Shown piece after piece: positions 36,708-45,432 of a stretch of DNA of 45,432 bases. The translations under genes were made by a program, and so were the position numbers. The DNA lies in IMG/VR virus record IMGVR_UViG_3300012953_000053, positions 1 through 45,432 of that record; one strand, given 5' to 3'. Every line of letters starts with the position of its first letter. The stretch's first letter is position 1. The notes under the pieces are model-generated. The model made no database searches and was not told the origin of the DNA. It saw only the letters and a program-made list of their open reading frames with translations. This DNA comes from a virus (Duplodnaviria > Caudoviricetes).

Positions 36708-37073
36708 TCATAATTTCTTTAATTCTTCTACTGCGGCTAAATATCCACTATCTTCTATTATGCCAAGTTGCCATTTATTATGAAACTCAGCCCAATTTTT
36801 ATGATTATCTGTTTCTGCCCTTGGATAACCAGTAGGTATTATATCTGTCTGATCATCAGCTGGTACAGTATATGTAAACTCTTCTGAACCTATAAGTGGT
36901 TCTTTATTTGTTTCTTTCCATAAAGCTTTCACCCCAGAGTTTGATACGTATGTACTACCTGCTTGGGTCATTTCCCCATCATTAGTCCAACGATTAACTT
37001 TAACCTTTATGGTTTTAACTACATCACTCTCATCTCTTTGAGGTGTTAATTCTATATCAAAATAATAATTCAT
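36708..37073 (-). CDS. adhesin-partner small protein, copy 2
   Basis: starts at ATG 37073 by TAATG coupling; similar layout to 37972..38358 (FTYTVP vs FNYVIP; Y-x-x-A-x-x-(E/D)L C-terminus). Confidence 0.6.
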   Translation of the reverse strand: MNYYFDIELTPQRDESDVVKTIKVKVNRWTNDGEMTQAGSTYVSNSGVKALWKETNKEPLIGSEEFTYTVPADDQTDIIPTGYPRAETDNHKNWAEFHNKWQLGIIEDSGYLAAVEELKKL

Positions 37074-37963
37074 TATTGACAATTATTTGAAATGGCTGTA
37101 GCTTGCATATGAGCATCATAATTAACCACTCTTGTATCTGTATATCCTGATTTTCTAGCATCAATTTCAAAAGTTCCGTAAATGTGTTTTGTATTTGAAT
37201 TATAGCATGCTGCAAAACAAGTTGCTTGGATCAACCATCCCATACTTTCACCATTACCTAATGTTCGCCATGAATTATCAGCTGCTGCATATGTAAAACT
37301 TGATCCCCAACCACTACTAAGTCCTTGAATACCACCGCCTCCGCCAGCTCCAGCAGATGTGTGTGACCAATTAACTTTAAAAGCATCTGGCTCAATACCA
37401 CTATCAACTTGGGTACTTATATACCAAAGTGTTTGCCAACCTGTTCCTCCAGGATTTGTCTGATTACTAAATCCATCAATAGTTGTACTACCTGTAGTTC
37501 TTGTTCCTGCAGTATTACCATTTAAATAATAACCCTGACTCATCAGGCCATATGCATCATCATCTCCTGCATCCCACCATCCTCTTTTAGCTAATAGATA
37601 AACAGCATTTTGGTTTGGGTGATTATATAATGCAAATAGAATTAATGCTCGAGCATTTGGTTCACCTGCTGTTACACTACTTCCCCCATAAACAGAATAA
37701 CCAGATTGATCTGTTCTAGACATTTGATATCTTCCTGTTGTTGGGAAAGCAATTTCGTGTTGATATCCAGAAAATTCTAACATACTATAAGGTGCAGTAT
37801 TTGTATCATTTGTAATTGTTGCTCTTCCACCAGTGTGTTCTATAGAGTTTGAGCTTAATGTTACTAAGCTTCCACTACTAGTAGAAGTTACGGCAGTGTC
37901 TATAGATCTACTAGATCCAGCTGCTGTTTTGATTGATATATTTCCTGATGTTGGTATTGCCAT
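37073..37963 (-). CDS. putative tail-fibre tip adhesin, copy 2
   Basis: N-terminal SGxISI...AP-x-x-M-x-EF-x-GY-x-H module, Gly-rich loops, C-terminus paralogous to 38358..39080. Confidence 0.6.
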   Translation of the reverse strand: MAIPTSGNISIKTAAGSSRSIDTAVTSTSSGSLVTLSSNSIEHTGGRATITNDTNTAPYSMLEFSGYQHEIAFPTTGRYQMSRTDQSGYSVYGGSSVTAGEPNARALILFALYNHPNQNAVYLLAKRGWWDAGDDDAYGLMSQGYYLNGNTAGTRTTGSTTIDGFSNQTNPGGTGWQTLWYISTQVDSGIEPDAFKVNWSHTSAGAGGGGGIQGLSSGWGSSFTYAAADNSWRTLGNGESMGWLIQATCFAACYNSNTKHIYGTFEIDARKSGYTDTRVVNYDAHMQATAISNNCQ

Positions 37964-37968
37964 ATTAC

Positions 37969-37976
37969 TATTTATA
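37969..37976 (-). promoter_or_regulatory. late promoter; leaderless transcript likely
   Basis: TATAAATA 5 nt before ATG 37963. Confidence 0.75.
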
Positions 37977-38358
37977 ACACTTTATTGTTTAAATCACGCA
38001 TTGCTGTGATATATTCTTCTGTTGCTTGATAACCTTCTACCCAGCTTCTAGATCTTTCTTGAAATTTTATTTCTTCTGTGTGATTATGAGGGTGTTTTGT
38101 TCCTTTTTCTAACACTGTTCTTTCTTCAAATGGAATAACATAATTAAATTTTCTATTCGATATAACTTGACATTTTTCGTAATCCCAATCTTCATATGTT
38201 TGTTCATCTCCACTTTCATCATTATATTTTACAGTTTTTGAAATCATATCTTCTTCTTTATAAAGTTTAAGATCAACATCTATAGAGGTTGTTAAACCGT
38301 CTGTACGATTGATTAATATATCATCGTATATTATTCTATTTTTACGCCAAATAGCCAT
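37972..38358 (-). CDS. adhesin-partner small protein, copy 1
   Basis: starts at ATG 38358 by TAATG coupling to the upstream adhesin. Confidence 0.6.
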   Translation of the reverse strand: MAIWRKNRIIYDDILINRTDGLTTSIDVDLKLYKEEDMISKTVKYNDESGDEQTYEDWDYEKCQVISNRKFNYVIPFEERTVLEKGTKHPHNHTEEIKFQERSRSWVEGYQATEEYITAMRDLNNKVL

Positions 38359-39080
38359 TAGAAACAATTATTTGATGTTGCAGTTGCATCACATCTTGCT
38401 TGGAAAGCTCCAATAGAAGTATCATCATATCCCGATCTTCTTCCGTATATATTATGAAATGTTGCTGTATAATATCTAGTAGATGATGCATAACATTCAG
38501 CAGTGTTAGTTAAAGTTATAGCCCAACCCATCGATTGACCAGTACTTAATGTTCTCCAAGTAGTATCGGCTGCTGCATAAGTTGCACCTACTAAACTAGT
38601 GTTTCCAGCTATAGAGCCAGAACCAAATGTTCCACCCCCACCTCCAGAACTTGAACCGGACCAATCAACCATTCCGGCAGTTGCACCAGTCCAGGTTGCA
38701 AGGGTAACATATGTTGTACTTAAACCTGAAGCACTTCCAGAAGAATTCCACCAACTTCCACCTTGCCCTGAACGATTCGCTACTTCCCAAATTAAATTAG
38801 TTCCATCATTACGTAATCTGAAATATAAGTTTACAGATACAAATGCAATTGCTGCAGTAACGCTTTTATAAGCTTGAGCCATTAATCCACTCCCAAGTTG
38901 TCTTGTACTAAGTGAAGTTGGTATTGGGGTAGCATGAGAATATCCATGGAATTCAGTCATAGCGTCTGGAGCAGATTTACTCGCGGCTGAAGATAAAGCT
39001 CTAAGTGAATTAGAATTTACAGAACTAACTTCTGTATTAATTTGGCTTATTGATATTGCACCTGAAGATTGAAGTGTCAT
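38358..39080 (-). CDS. putative tail-fibre tip adhesin, copy 1
   Basis: MTLQSSGAISISQINTE...APDAMTEFHGYSH N-terminus typical of proteins encoded after chaperone-capped fibres; Gly/Ser-rich. Confidence 0.6.
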   Translation of the reverse strand: MTLQSSGAISISQINTEVSSVNSNSLRALSSAASKSAPDAMTEFHGYSHATPIPTSLSTRQLGSGLMAQAYKSVTAAIAFVSVNLYFRLRNDGTNLIWEVANRSGQGGSWWNSSGSASGLSTTYVTLATWTGATAGMVDWSGSSSGGGGGTFGSGSIAGNTSLVGATYAAADTTWRTLSTGQSMGWAITLTNTAECYASSTRYYTATFHNIYGRRSGYDDTSIGAFQARCDATATSNNCF

Positions 39081-39454
39081 TAACTACTCCATGGTAATTC
39101 AATTTTACCTTCAGTTGTATGTACGTCTCCAATTACACCACCAGGTGTTCCTGCTTCTTCTCTCTTACGATTAATTTCATAATCAATCTGTTCTTTAATA
39201 TGCTTTAAATAAGTCTTATTAGAATTTACTTTTGATTCAACCCAACTTTTTACATTTGCTTCAGTTAAATCACTATATGCTATAAAAGAACCTGAAGGAG
39301 ATTCTAAGGGAAATGCACCATGATGTTCTCCAAATACATTATCTGTATCATCCACGCCTTTCATTTTCCATTGGACATGGTATACAGTATCTGTATTAGA
39401 TTCTATATCTTTCTTTCTTAAAGATAAGATTTCATAACTATAACTAACTGCCAT
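39080..39454 (-). CDS. tail-fibre-associated small protein (possible assembly chaperone)
   Basis: V-x-x-VQW...FIAYSDLTEANVKSWV...LPW motif commonly seen next to fibre genes. Confidence 0.6.
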   Translation of the reverse strand: MAVSYSYEILSLRKKDIESNTDTVYHVQWKMKGVDDTDNVFGEHHGAFPLESPSGSFIAYSDLTEANVKSWVESKVNSNKTYLKHIKEQIDYEINRKREEAGTPGGVIGDVHTTEGKIELPWSS

Positions 39455-39455
39455 T

Positions 39456-39905
39456 TTAAACCTCGGTAGCGTCTTTAAACATATCTAATGTTTTAAGATA
39501 ATCATAAGCTTGTTTTAACATATTATCGCTTGATGAAGGATCGAAAGGTGCAACCAACTCGTGTGCCATTGAAGTACCTTCTTCGGCGTGATGTTGTATA
39601 CCAAATGTTCCCCAAGGTTGATGTTCCGTTGGGTATCTATAAGCAACACTCATTGGGGGTTTACCTGCGGTTCTATCTGCTTCGACTGACCAACCCATTA
39701 TCGTCAAGCTTAAATAATATCCTTTCTTTATATCAACATCAGCTGCTTTAATATGAGTATCTTCGCCATCGGCTAAGTCAAGGGATTTCCTTAACATATC
39801 TTCTGTATTGTTTAATTTCTTAAACATTTTTATATCTGATATAGCCCAATAACTGTTTGCGTGTGTCACGCCAGCTCTATCTGTATAATTCATTTTTAAT
39901 GCCAT
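39456..39905 (-). CDS. tail-fibre-associated hypothetical protein
   Basis: MAL...NSY N-terminus and QAYDYLKTLDMFKDA C-terminus; directly downstream of fibre. Confidence 0.6.
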   Translation of the reverse strand: MALKMNYTDRAGVTHANSYWAISDIKMFKKLNNTEDMLRKSLDLADGEDTHIKAADVDIKKGYYLSLTIMGWSVEADRTAGKPPMSVAYRYPTEHQPWGTFGIQHHAEEGTSMAHELVAPFDPSSSDNMLKQAYDYLKTLDMFKDATEV

Positions 39906-39907
39906 AA

Positions 39908-42900
39908 TTATTTTTCCTCTAATTTTTTTTCTAAATCTTCAACTTTAGTGTTGAGATCTTTTATTGCTTCAATAAGTAATCCTGTTAAATGTCCGTAAGC
40001 AACACCATATCTATCATTTTCTTTATCATATGTAACAACTTCTGGTACTATATCCATTATCTCTTGTGCAATAACACCCATTCTTTCAGGGGTTATGTTA
40101 TTATCAGTATGACCATCTTTCTTTGCACGATCTTCTTTCCATTCGTATGTAACACCTCGTAGTGCTAACACTTTTTCCAATCCATTATTTATTACATGTA
40201 TATTCTTTTTCAGTCTTTCATCTGAAGAACCTACAATGTCACCAGTTGCATATATTGGACCGTTTACGTATAATCTATAAGAACTAGAAGTAGTTGATCC
40301 AGCAATACCTAAACAATCATTACTTGTATGATAATACTGTCTCCATTTACTATTACCTTCTTTATATTCCCCACCGTTACCACCTGAGTCATACATTCCA
40401 ATAGTAGTTCTTCCACCAGATTCCATATTGATTCCGGAATAACTATTGTGTGTACCATTAATTTGAGTAGAACCATAACTTCCGTTAGTATTTGGATAGA
40501 GATGGAATCCTCTTGAACTAGAGTACATACCTTCACCAGCATCAGTGTGCATCCAAACATCTTTATAGATATAATTTGATGAACCATTTATCTGTATAAC
40601 TCTTGATGACATATTAGAGTCACTATAGAATCTCATACCATTATAGGAAGCATTTCCACCAAAATTAATACCGGTATGGAATGCTATTTGTAATTCAGGA
40701 TACGGATTTGACCAAGCTCCTGATTCTTGGAATATCGCATAAGAAACTCCACCTTCTGCAGAACTAGCTCCAGCTGATGTTGGATATGTAATTGTATTCT
40801 GATTTTGAATTGTGTACATATTAGATGTACCTGCAAAATCACCATAATATCCTGTACTATTACCATCATAATATATTGAAGCATATATAGGTTTAGTACC
40901 ACCACTAGCACCAACTTTAACACCAGCACCAGAGTAATAAACCAATTCTAATACATCTGTATTACCACCGGAATCACAAGTATCTAGATATGCCGTATTG
41001 TAGTTATGTCCTTGTGCACCAATACCATAAGTTGTACTACTACCTGAGAATAAAAGCTTTGTACTTGCTGAAGGCATATCCCATATAGGCTGAGTTCCAT
41101 TAAATCCGATTGAGCCCATTACACTTGAACCATTAGTTACATTATTCGTAACCCTCATATAAGATGCTGCATCATTATTATTTGTATCTAGCATTAAGGT
41201 AATATCATCAAATGATTTAATCGCCATTGAATCAGTATATGTACTAGCTGAGTTAGTGGAAAATACCCCATGATAATCTTCATGATCGTAGTTACCATCC
41301 CAGTCAAACGTTATAAACTTAACACTATGTAATGATATATCATGTGTTCCTACCGGACCTATATATCCTCTATCATCACCACCTGGATATATTTTTCCAT
41401 TGCTATCTAATCTCATTTTAACAGAACCATTCACCATAAAGTCTACTGGATGGTTAGATAAGGATCCAAACCTAGGACCACCATGGCCAGTATGAGCATA
41501 CATTGAAGCAATAATACCATCAGTATTATCTTTAACATCTAATCTAGCATGATTATTTCCTGCAACGTTTACTCTTGCTGCCCAACTTCCGTCGTTACTT
41601 ACAGAACCAACTCCATTACCAAATTCATTATATGAATTTGAAAAACTATTTGAACCAGTAAATGTTTGAGTTGCAGAAAGTGAAGCTGCAGATGTTGCAT
41701 ATCCTTGTGATTGAACCCACGGCTCAGTAGCTACGTTTACTAATCCAGAACCTACATCAACTTTGAATGCGCCACTGGAAGCTTTTTGAATATCCCAGGC
41801 TGACCATTCTCCATCTAAGAATCCATATGTTCCGCCATTACCATAAAGCTGGAATCCAAATGTACCATCTGATTCTTCCATATGAAGTCCAACGGCATCA
41901 CCACCAGATCTTACACTAAAGTTCCTATTAGATTGTGACCAACCACCATTATTGTTTGTTTGGGATTTAAAGTAAAGCCCACTATCAACACCATCAAGTA
42001 AGTCTGCATCTAATCCTGAACCAGATCCATCTACTGTTTTTACTGCAGTAAGAATTTCTGCTGCTGATTGATCAGCTGTTGCACTAGCTTCTATTGCATC
42101 TAATTTAGTTTTTAATGTATTTGTAAAGTTATTTTGTGTTAGTCCACCATCTCCAACACTATATGTTGTATTAGTATCAGTATCAGTCCATGGAACATTG
42201 ACAAACATCTGACCACTTGATAATTCAACAGGATAATTTTTACCACTTTCGGTATATCCTATTTTAACAAGACCTAGTGCACTTGAAGTTGCCGTTGAAT
42301 AAGTGGTATTTGTATCAGTCCACGGAACATTAACATACATTTGTTCTGAACTTAATTCAACAGGATAATTTTTACCACTTTCGGTATATCCTATTTTAAA
42401 TCCGCCTCTAGCTGAACTTGTTCCTAATGGTAATGAATAATTATTAGCACTTGCTGCTATTCCATCTGATTTAGTATGGTCTGCAGACTCAAAAGGAACA
42501 GATGTTGTACCATTAATAGTTAATGCATCTGTTTCTAATGTACCATCAATATCTACATTACCTGATATATCTAAACTTGGAGCAACAACTTCATGTGAAA
42601 ATACAAAGTTATCATTAGAAGCATTCCACGTTAATGTAGCATCAGTTGAAGCATTAACAGCATCTTGTATTGTAATACCAGCACCATCTGCTGAAGCAGA
42701 AGTATCTCCTGAACCTTTATTTAATGTTATATTTTTATCTTCTACATCTAATGTTGCTGTACTTAAAGTTGTTTGTGTTCCATTAACAGTTAAATTACCT
42801 GTAACTGTTACGTTTCCTGTGGCCGCTAAATCTGCAAATGTAACGTTACTTGATGTTGAAACTGCTTGTCCAATTGCAATTGCACCACCAGAATATGTTA

Positions 42901-43516
42901 CGCCCGTACCCGCACTCAAGTGCGCACGCACCTCGGCCGCACTCGGCCCTGTATATGTAATAACACCACTTGAACTATTATATGAACAAGAACCATCTCC
43001 GCCTGCATCCGTAACACTTATAGCTGCTCGAGCATCTGAATCACCATAAGCGGCTACACCTGAAAGTGTAGTACCCGATACAGTTAAATTAGATCCTATG
43101 GTTAACCATGCAAAGGCACCAGCTGAATCATCCCAGAATGCAATTCTATCAGCATTCGGATCGCTTAATGATTGAAGCCCTAAATGTGATAAGCTGAATG
43201 TTGTTGAACTTAGTGCTAATCCTGTTCCAGCACTATATGTTGTATTAGTATCTGTAGCTGCTACGGTAAGTGTGCCAGCTGAATCATTATATGTAAGAGT
43301 TATATTAGCACCATCTTGTAACAAAGAATTAGATCTATCATCTACTCTTTCATCAGTATAATATTTATTACTGCCTTCAGTTATATGAGCTGTAGTAATA
43401 CCGTGTGATGAATGTAAATGAGCTTGAGTAACTGTACCAGACTTAAGTTTGGCCGCATCCATAGTTCCATCGGTTGCGACTAAATCTGCTAATCTTCTAT
43501 TCTTTGAATATGCCAT
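39908..43516 (-). CDS. long tail fibre with C-terminal intramolecular chaperone (peptidase S74)
   Basis: EGSNKYYT, DGSGSGLDADLLDG, Gly/Ser/Thr-rich mosaics; SSDERLKKNI cleavage motif, GVIAQE, LLIEAIKDL coiled coil. Confidence 0.9.
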   Translation of the reverse strand: MAYSKNRRLADLVATDGTMDAAKLKSGTVTQAHLHSSHGITTAHITEGSNKYYTDERVDDRSNSLLQDGANITLTYNDSAGTLTVAATDTNTTYSAGTGLALSSTTFSLSHLGLQSLSDPNADRIAFWDDSAGAFAWLTIGSNLTVSGTTLSGVAAYGDSDARAAISVTDAGGDGSCSYNSSSGVITYTGPSAAEVRAHLSAGTGVTYSGGAIAIGQAVSTSSNVTFADLAATGNVTVTGNLTVNGTQTTLSTATLDVEDKNITLNKGSGDTSASADGAGITIQDAVNASTDATLTWNASNDNFVFSHEVVAPSLDISGNVDIDGTLETDALTINGTTSVPFESADHTKSDGIAASANNYSLPLGTSSARGGFKIGYTESGKNYPVELSSEQMYVNVPWTDTNTTYSTATSSALGLVKIGYTESGKNYPVELSSGQMFVNVPWTDTDTNTTYSVGDGGLTQNNFTNTLKTKLDAIEASATADQSAAEILTAVKTVDGSGSGLDADLLDGVDSGLYFKSQTNNNGGWSQSNRNFSVRSGGDAVGLHMEESDGTFGFQLYGNGGTYGFLDGEWSAWDIQKASSGAFKVDVGSGLVNVATEPWVQSQGYATSAASLSATQTFTGSNSFSNSYNEFGNGVGSVSNDGSWAARVNVAGNNHARLDVKDNTDGIIASMYAHTGHGGPRFGSLSNHPVDFMVNGSVKMRLDSNGKIYPGGDDRGYIGPVGTHDISLHSVKFITFDWDGNYDHEDYHGVFSTNSASTYTDSMAIKSFDDITLMLDTNNNDAASYMRVTNNVTNGSSVMGSIGFNGTQPIWDMPSASTKLLFSGSSTTYGIGAQGHNYNTAYLDTCDSGGNTDVLELVYYSGAGVKVGASGGTKPIYASIYYDGNSTGYYGDFAGTSNMYTIQNQNTITYPTSAGASSAEGGVSYAIFQESGAWSNPYPELQIAFHTGINFGGNASYNGMRFYSDSNMSSRVIQINGSSNYIYKDVWMHTDAGEGMYSSSRGFHLYPNTNGSYGSTQINGTHNSYSGINMESGGRTTIGMYDSGGNGGEYKEGNSKWRQYYHTSNDCLGIAGSTTSSSYRLYVNGPIYATGDIVGSSDERLKKNIHVINNGLEKVLALRGVTYEWKEDRAKKDGHTDNNITPERMGVIAQEIMDIVPEVVTYDKENDRYGVAYGHLTGLLIEAIKDLNTKVEDLEKKLEEK
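42221..42399. repeat. internal direct repeat in fibre gene (47 bp identical, 132-bp period)
   Basis: 42221-42267 = 42353-42399; encodes KIGYTESGKNYPVEL twice within a 44-aa repeat. Confidence 0.9.
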
Positions 43517-43521
43517 ACTTC

Positions 43522-43529
43522 TATTTATA
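43522..43529 (-). promoter_or_regulatory. late promoter; leaderless transcript likely
   Basis: TATAAATA 5 nt before fibre ATG 43516. Confidence 0.75.
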
Positions 43530-43534
43530 TCCTA

Positions 43535-43708
43535 TTAATCGTCCCATTCAGATTTTGCTGTTTGAGCTTTAGATAAAGTATTATAAAACTCATGAATGTC
43601 TTCTTTATTTGTTTCTTTTTTTATTAATACTACCATTCCAGAACCATCTCCAGGTATTGACTCTTCTGATACTGATAATTTATTTTCTATTTCTGATGTT
43701 TTTGCCAT
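43535..43708 (-). CDS. small hypothetical protein (57 aa), not in ORF track
   Basis: MAKTSEIENKLSVSEESIPGDGSGMVVLIKKETNKEDIHEFYNTLSKAQTAKSEWDD; TAAGGA SD. Confidence 0.7.
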   Translation of the reverse strand: MAKTSEIENKLSVSEESIPGDGSGMVVLIKKETNKEDIHEFYNTLSKAQTAKSEWDD

Positions 43709-43717
43709 AGTTATTCC

Positions 43718-45432
43718 TTAAAAATGATTTCCACTTGTTGTATTTAATGCCTGACTCACTACTTGGAAATTCCAGTTATATCCTGTTGGAGAAGGCATTT
43801 TTATATCAAAAGATGCCCCAGTATAATATCCACCTACCCAATAACCTCTGAAAACAACATAATCATCAGAAGCTTTATAGCATTCTAAGGTGTGGCTTGA
43901 AGTACCATTATTCACAGTTGTACTATTAATAATAGATCCCCCACTTCCTGAATAAGCATATCCACTTCTTTGTACATCTATAATAGCTCCACCATTTCCA
44001 TAAGCATATCCATGCATCCTTGCAACAAACATTATATTATTAGTGCATTTAAAGTTTGTTTTAATGTGCCAATAATTGTTTGCACCAGCACCATTTGCTG
44101 TACAAACATTTCTAAATTCTTGGAACGAGCCAGTGTTCATTGCAGTACCACCGGAAGTACTCCCCGTAGTAACTCTCATTTTACCAGCTAGATAATCTGA
44201 GTTTGTTCCTACTTTCAAAGTAGTTACGTTAGTTCCAGTACCCTTAGCAATACGAACTACTTCTGTACCATTATCCACACCAAATCTTATCTCGTCAGCA
44301 TCAAGTTTTAAACCAACATAATCACTAGCATTTCTATCATAAGATTGAATATAATTTAAAGAAGAACCCATTGAGAATTCAATTCCACTTGCTCCATCAG
44401 TATGTTGTACTACAAATTTAGTTTGTGGGTTAGTAGAGTTAATACCAACTTGGCCAGTGTCTTTCATAGTCATTACATTTACGGCGTTATCATTTGCTCT
44501 TATTCTAAATGTTTGGTCGTTATAATAAGCTCCTATACTCCAATCATTATCTGGGCTAGCGTTTGTATTAATTAATCTCATTTGAGCAGCTAAATTATTA
44601 GCACCAGATACTACTAATGCTGATCCAGGACTCGCAGTTCCTATACCAACAAAAGCACCATTATCAATCAATAAGTCTCTACGAGCATTATTTGTACATC
44701 TAAAAGTGTAGGTATTATCTGATCCAATATAAAGTTCATCTCCTGCACCTGCTTTCATAACCATTGCATTAGTTCCACCATCAACAAAATTAATTTCACT
44801 ATCTCCACCATCTGAAATAGTAAGAATACCACTTGGACTATCAGTTCCTATGCCAACCCTATTATTTGCACCATCAATTCTCATAATCTCTGTGTTATAA
44901 GATTTGAATATGTGATGTCCTGCTGTTGAATTAGTCATTGTAGTTCTATATTGAAGATCTCTTATAGATTCAATATACATTCCTGCTGTAGCTGTTTCTA
45001 GATAAGCATGTTTAACACCATTTTTACCAAATATTATTTGTTTAGCATCAGCTGTATCATCTCTAGCTAGATTTAAATATCCAGGACCAAGTTCTCCGAA
45101 ATTAGCATCTGAAGGTGTACCACCTATTCCAACCCCAGTAGTATTACCACTTGTTATAACGCCAGAAACAGTAAGAGGATTTGCTGGGCTGTTATATCCT
45201 ATACCAACTTTACCATCATTTGCGATACGCATTTTTTCGTCACCAGCTGCACTGAATGAAAGAACACCGGTTGACTGTTGTGCATCTAAATTAACACCTG
45301 CATTCGCATTAGTAGCAGAGAATGTACTTATCTTTAAGCCTCTGTTTGGAGTGCCTCCACCAGCGTGTAAAATCGCTACTGTGGAATGGTCAGTAGGAGA
45401 ATTTACCATTAATGGGTGTGATGTGTCAAACC
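43718..45432 (-). CDS. tail fibre / virion structural protein, 5'-truncated by window edge
   Basis: repeated (M/F)RI...G-x-VGIG-T-x-SP units; reading frame stays open upstream of 45409 to the end of the window. Confidence 0.8.
   Translation of the reverse strand, partial: FDTSHPLMVNSPTDHSTVAILHAGGGTPNRGLKISTFSATNANAGVNLDAQQSTGVLSFSAAGDEKMRIANDGKVGIGYNSPANPLTVSGVITSGNTTGVGIGGTPSDANFGELGPGYLNLARDDTADAKQIIFGKNGVKHAYLETATAGMYIESIRDLQYRTTMTNSTAGHHIFKSYNTEIMRIDGANNRVGIGTDSPSGILTISDGGDSEINFVDGGTNAMVMKAGAGDELYIGSDNTYTFRCTNNARRDLLIDNGAFVGIGTASPGSALVVSGANNLAAQMRLINTNASPDNDWSIGAYYNDQTFRIRANDNAVNVMTMKDTGQVGINSTNPQTKFVVQHTDGASGIEFSMGSSLNYIQSYDRNASDYVGLKLDADEIRFGVDNGTEVVRIAKGTGTNVTTLKVGTNSDYLAGKMRVTTGSTSGGTAMNTGSFQEFRNVCTANGAGANNYWHIKTNFKCTNNIMFVARMHGYAYGNGGAIIDVQRSGYAYSGSGGSIINSTTVNNGTSSHTLECYKASDDYVVFRGYWVGGYYTGASFDIKMPSPTGYNWNFQVVSQALNTTSGNHF

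Noticed and set aside
36708-45432. Diversity-generating retroelement or invertase-driven fibre switching
   Set aside because: No reverse transcriptase or recombinase, no adenine-specific TR/VR pair, no inverted repeats flanking the cassettes
1-45432. Stop-codon reassignment
   Set aside because: Conserved genes are full length in the standard code and TAA, TAG and TGA all terminate genes; no suppressor tRNA

Overview
A 45-kb segment of a lytic T4-like (Tevenvirinae/Kyanoviridae-like architecture) myovirus genome, AT-rich, with essentially all genes on the minus strand. Read in transcription order (right to left): a truncated tail-fibre gene, a 1202-aa fibre with a C-terminal intramolecular chaperone, two paralogous adhesin+partner cassettes, the virion module (gp13-gp14-gp15-gp16-gp17-gp18-gp19-gp20-core-gp21-gp22-gp23-gp3), uvsY, a KpsS/KpsC-like glycosyltransferase, uvsW, gp55, gp47/46, a VWA-metallopeptidase + MoxR/CobS AAA pair, the replication module (gp45, gp44, gp62, regA, hsp20, gp43) and an accessory block (UDG-like, Sm-like, MazG-like, AEP primase-like, tRNA-Ala, SleB-like hydrolase, nucleases, a non-canonical SAM methyltransferase, Nmad1-like). 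Ten T4-type early promoters and about eight TATAAATA late promoters can be read directly. No photosynthesis genes, integrase, intron, intein, homing endonuclease, reverse transcriptase or CRISPR array were seen; a proteobacterial host is an inference only. Most notable observations: a ROSE-type RNA thermometer in front of the phage hsp20, a cupredoxin-like (H/C/H/M) domain inserted inside neck protein gp13, short CpG-rich synonymous-codon islands scattered through AT-rich genes, a tRNA that overlaps the upstream stop codon and abuts the next ATG, a lone antisense promoter, recurrent leaderless genes, a duplicated adhesin cassette and a possible DNA-modification cluster running off the left edge. 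All family assignments come from motif recognition by eye; no searches were run.
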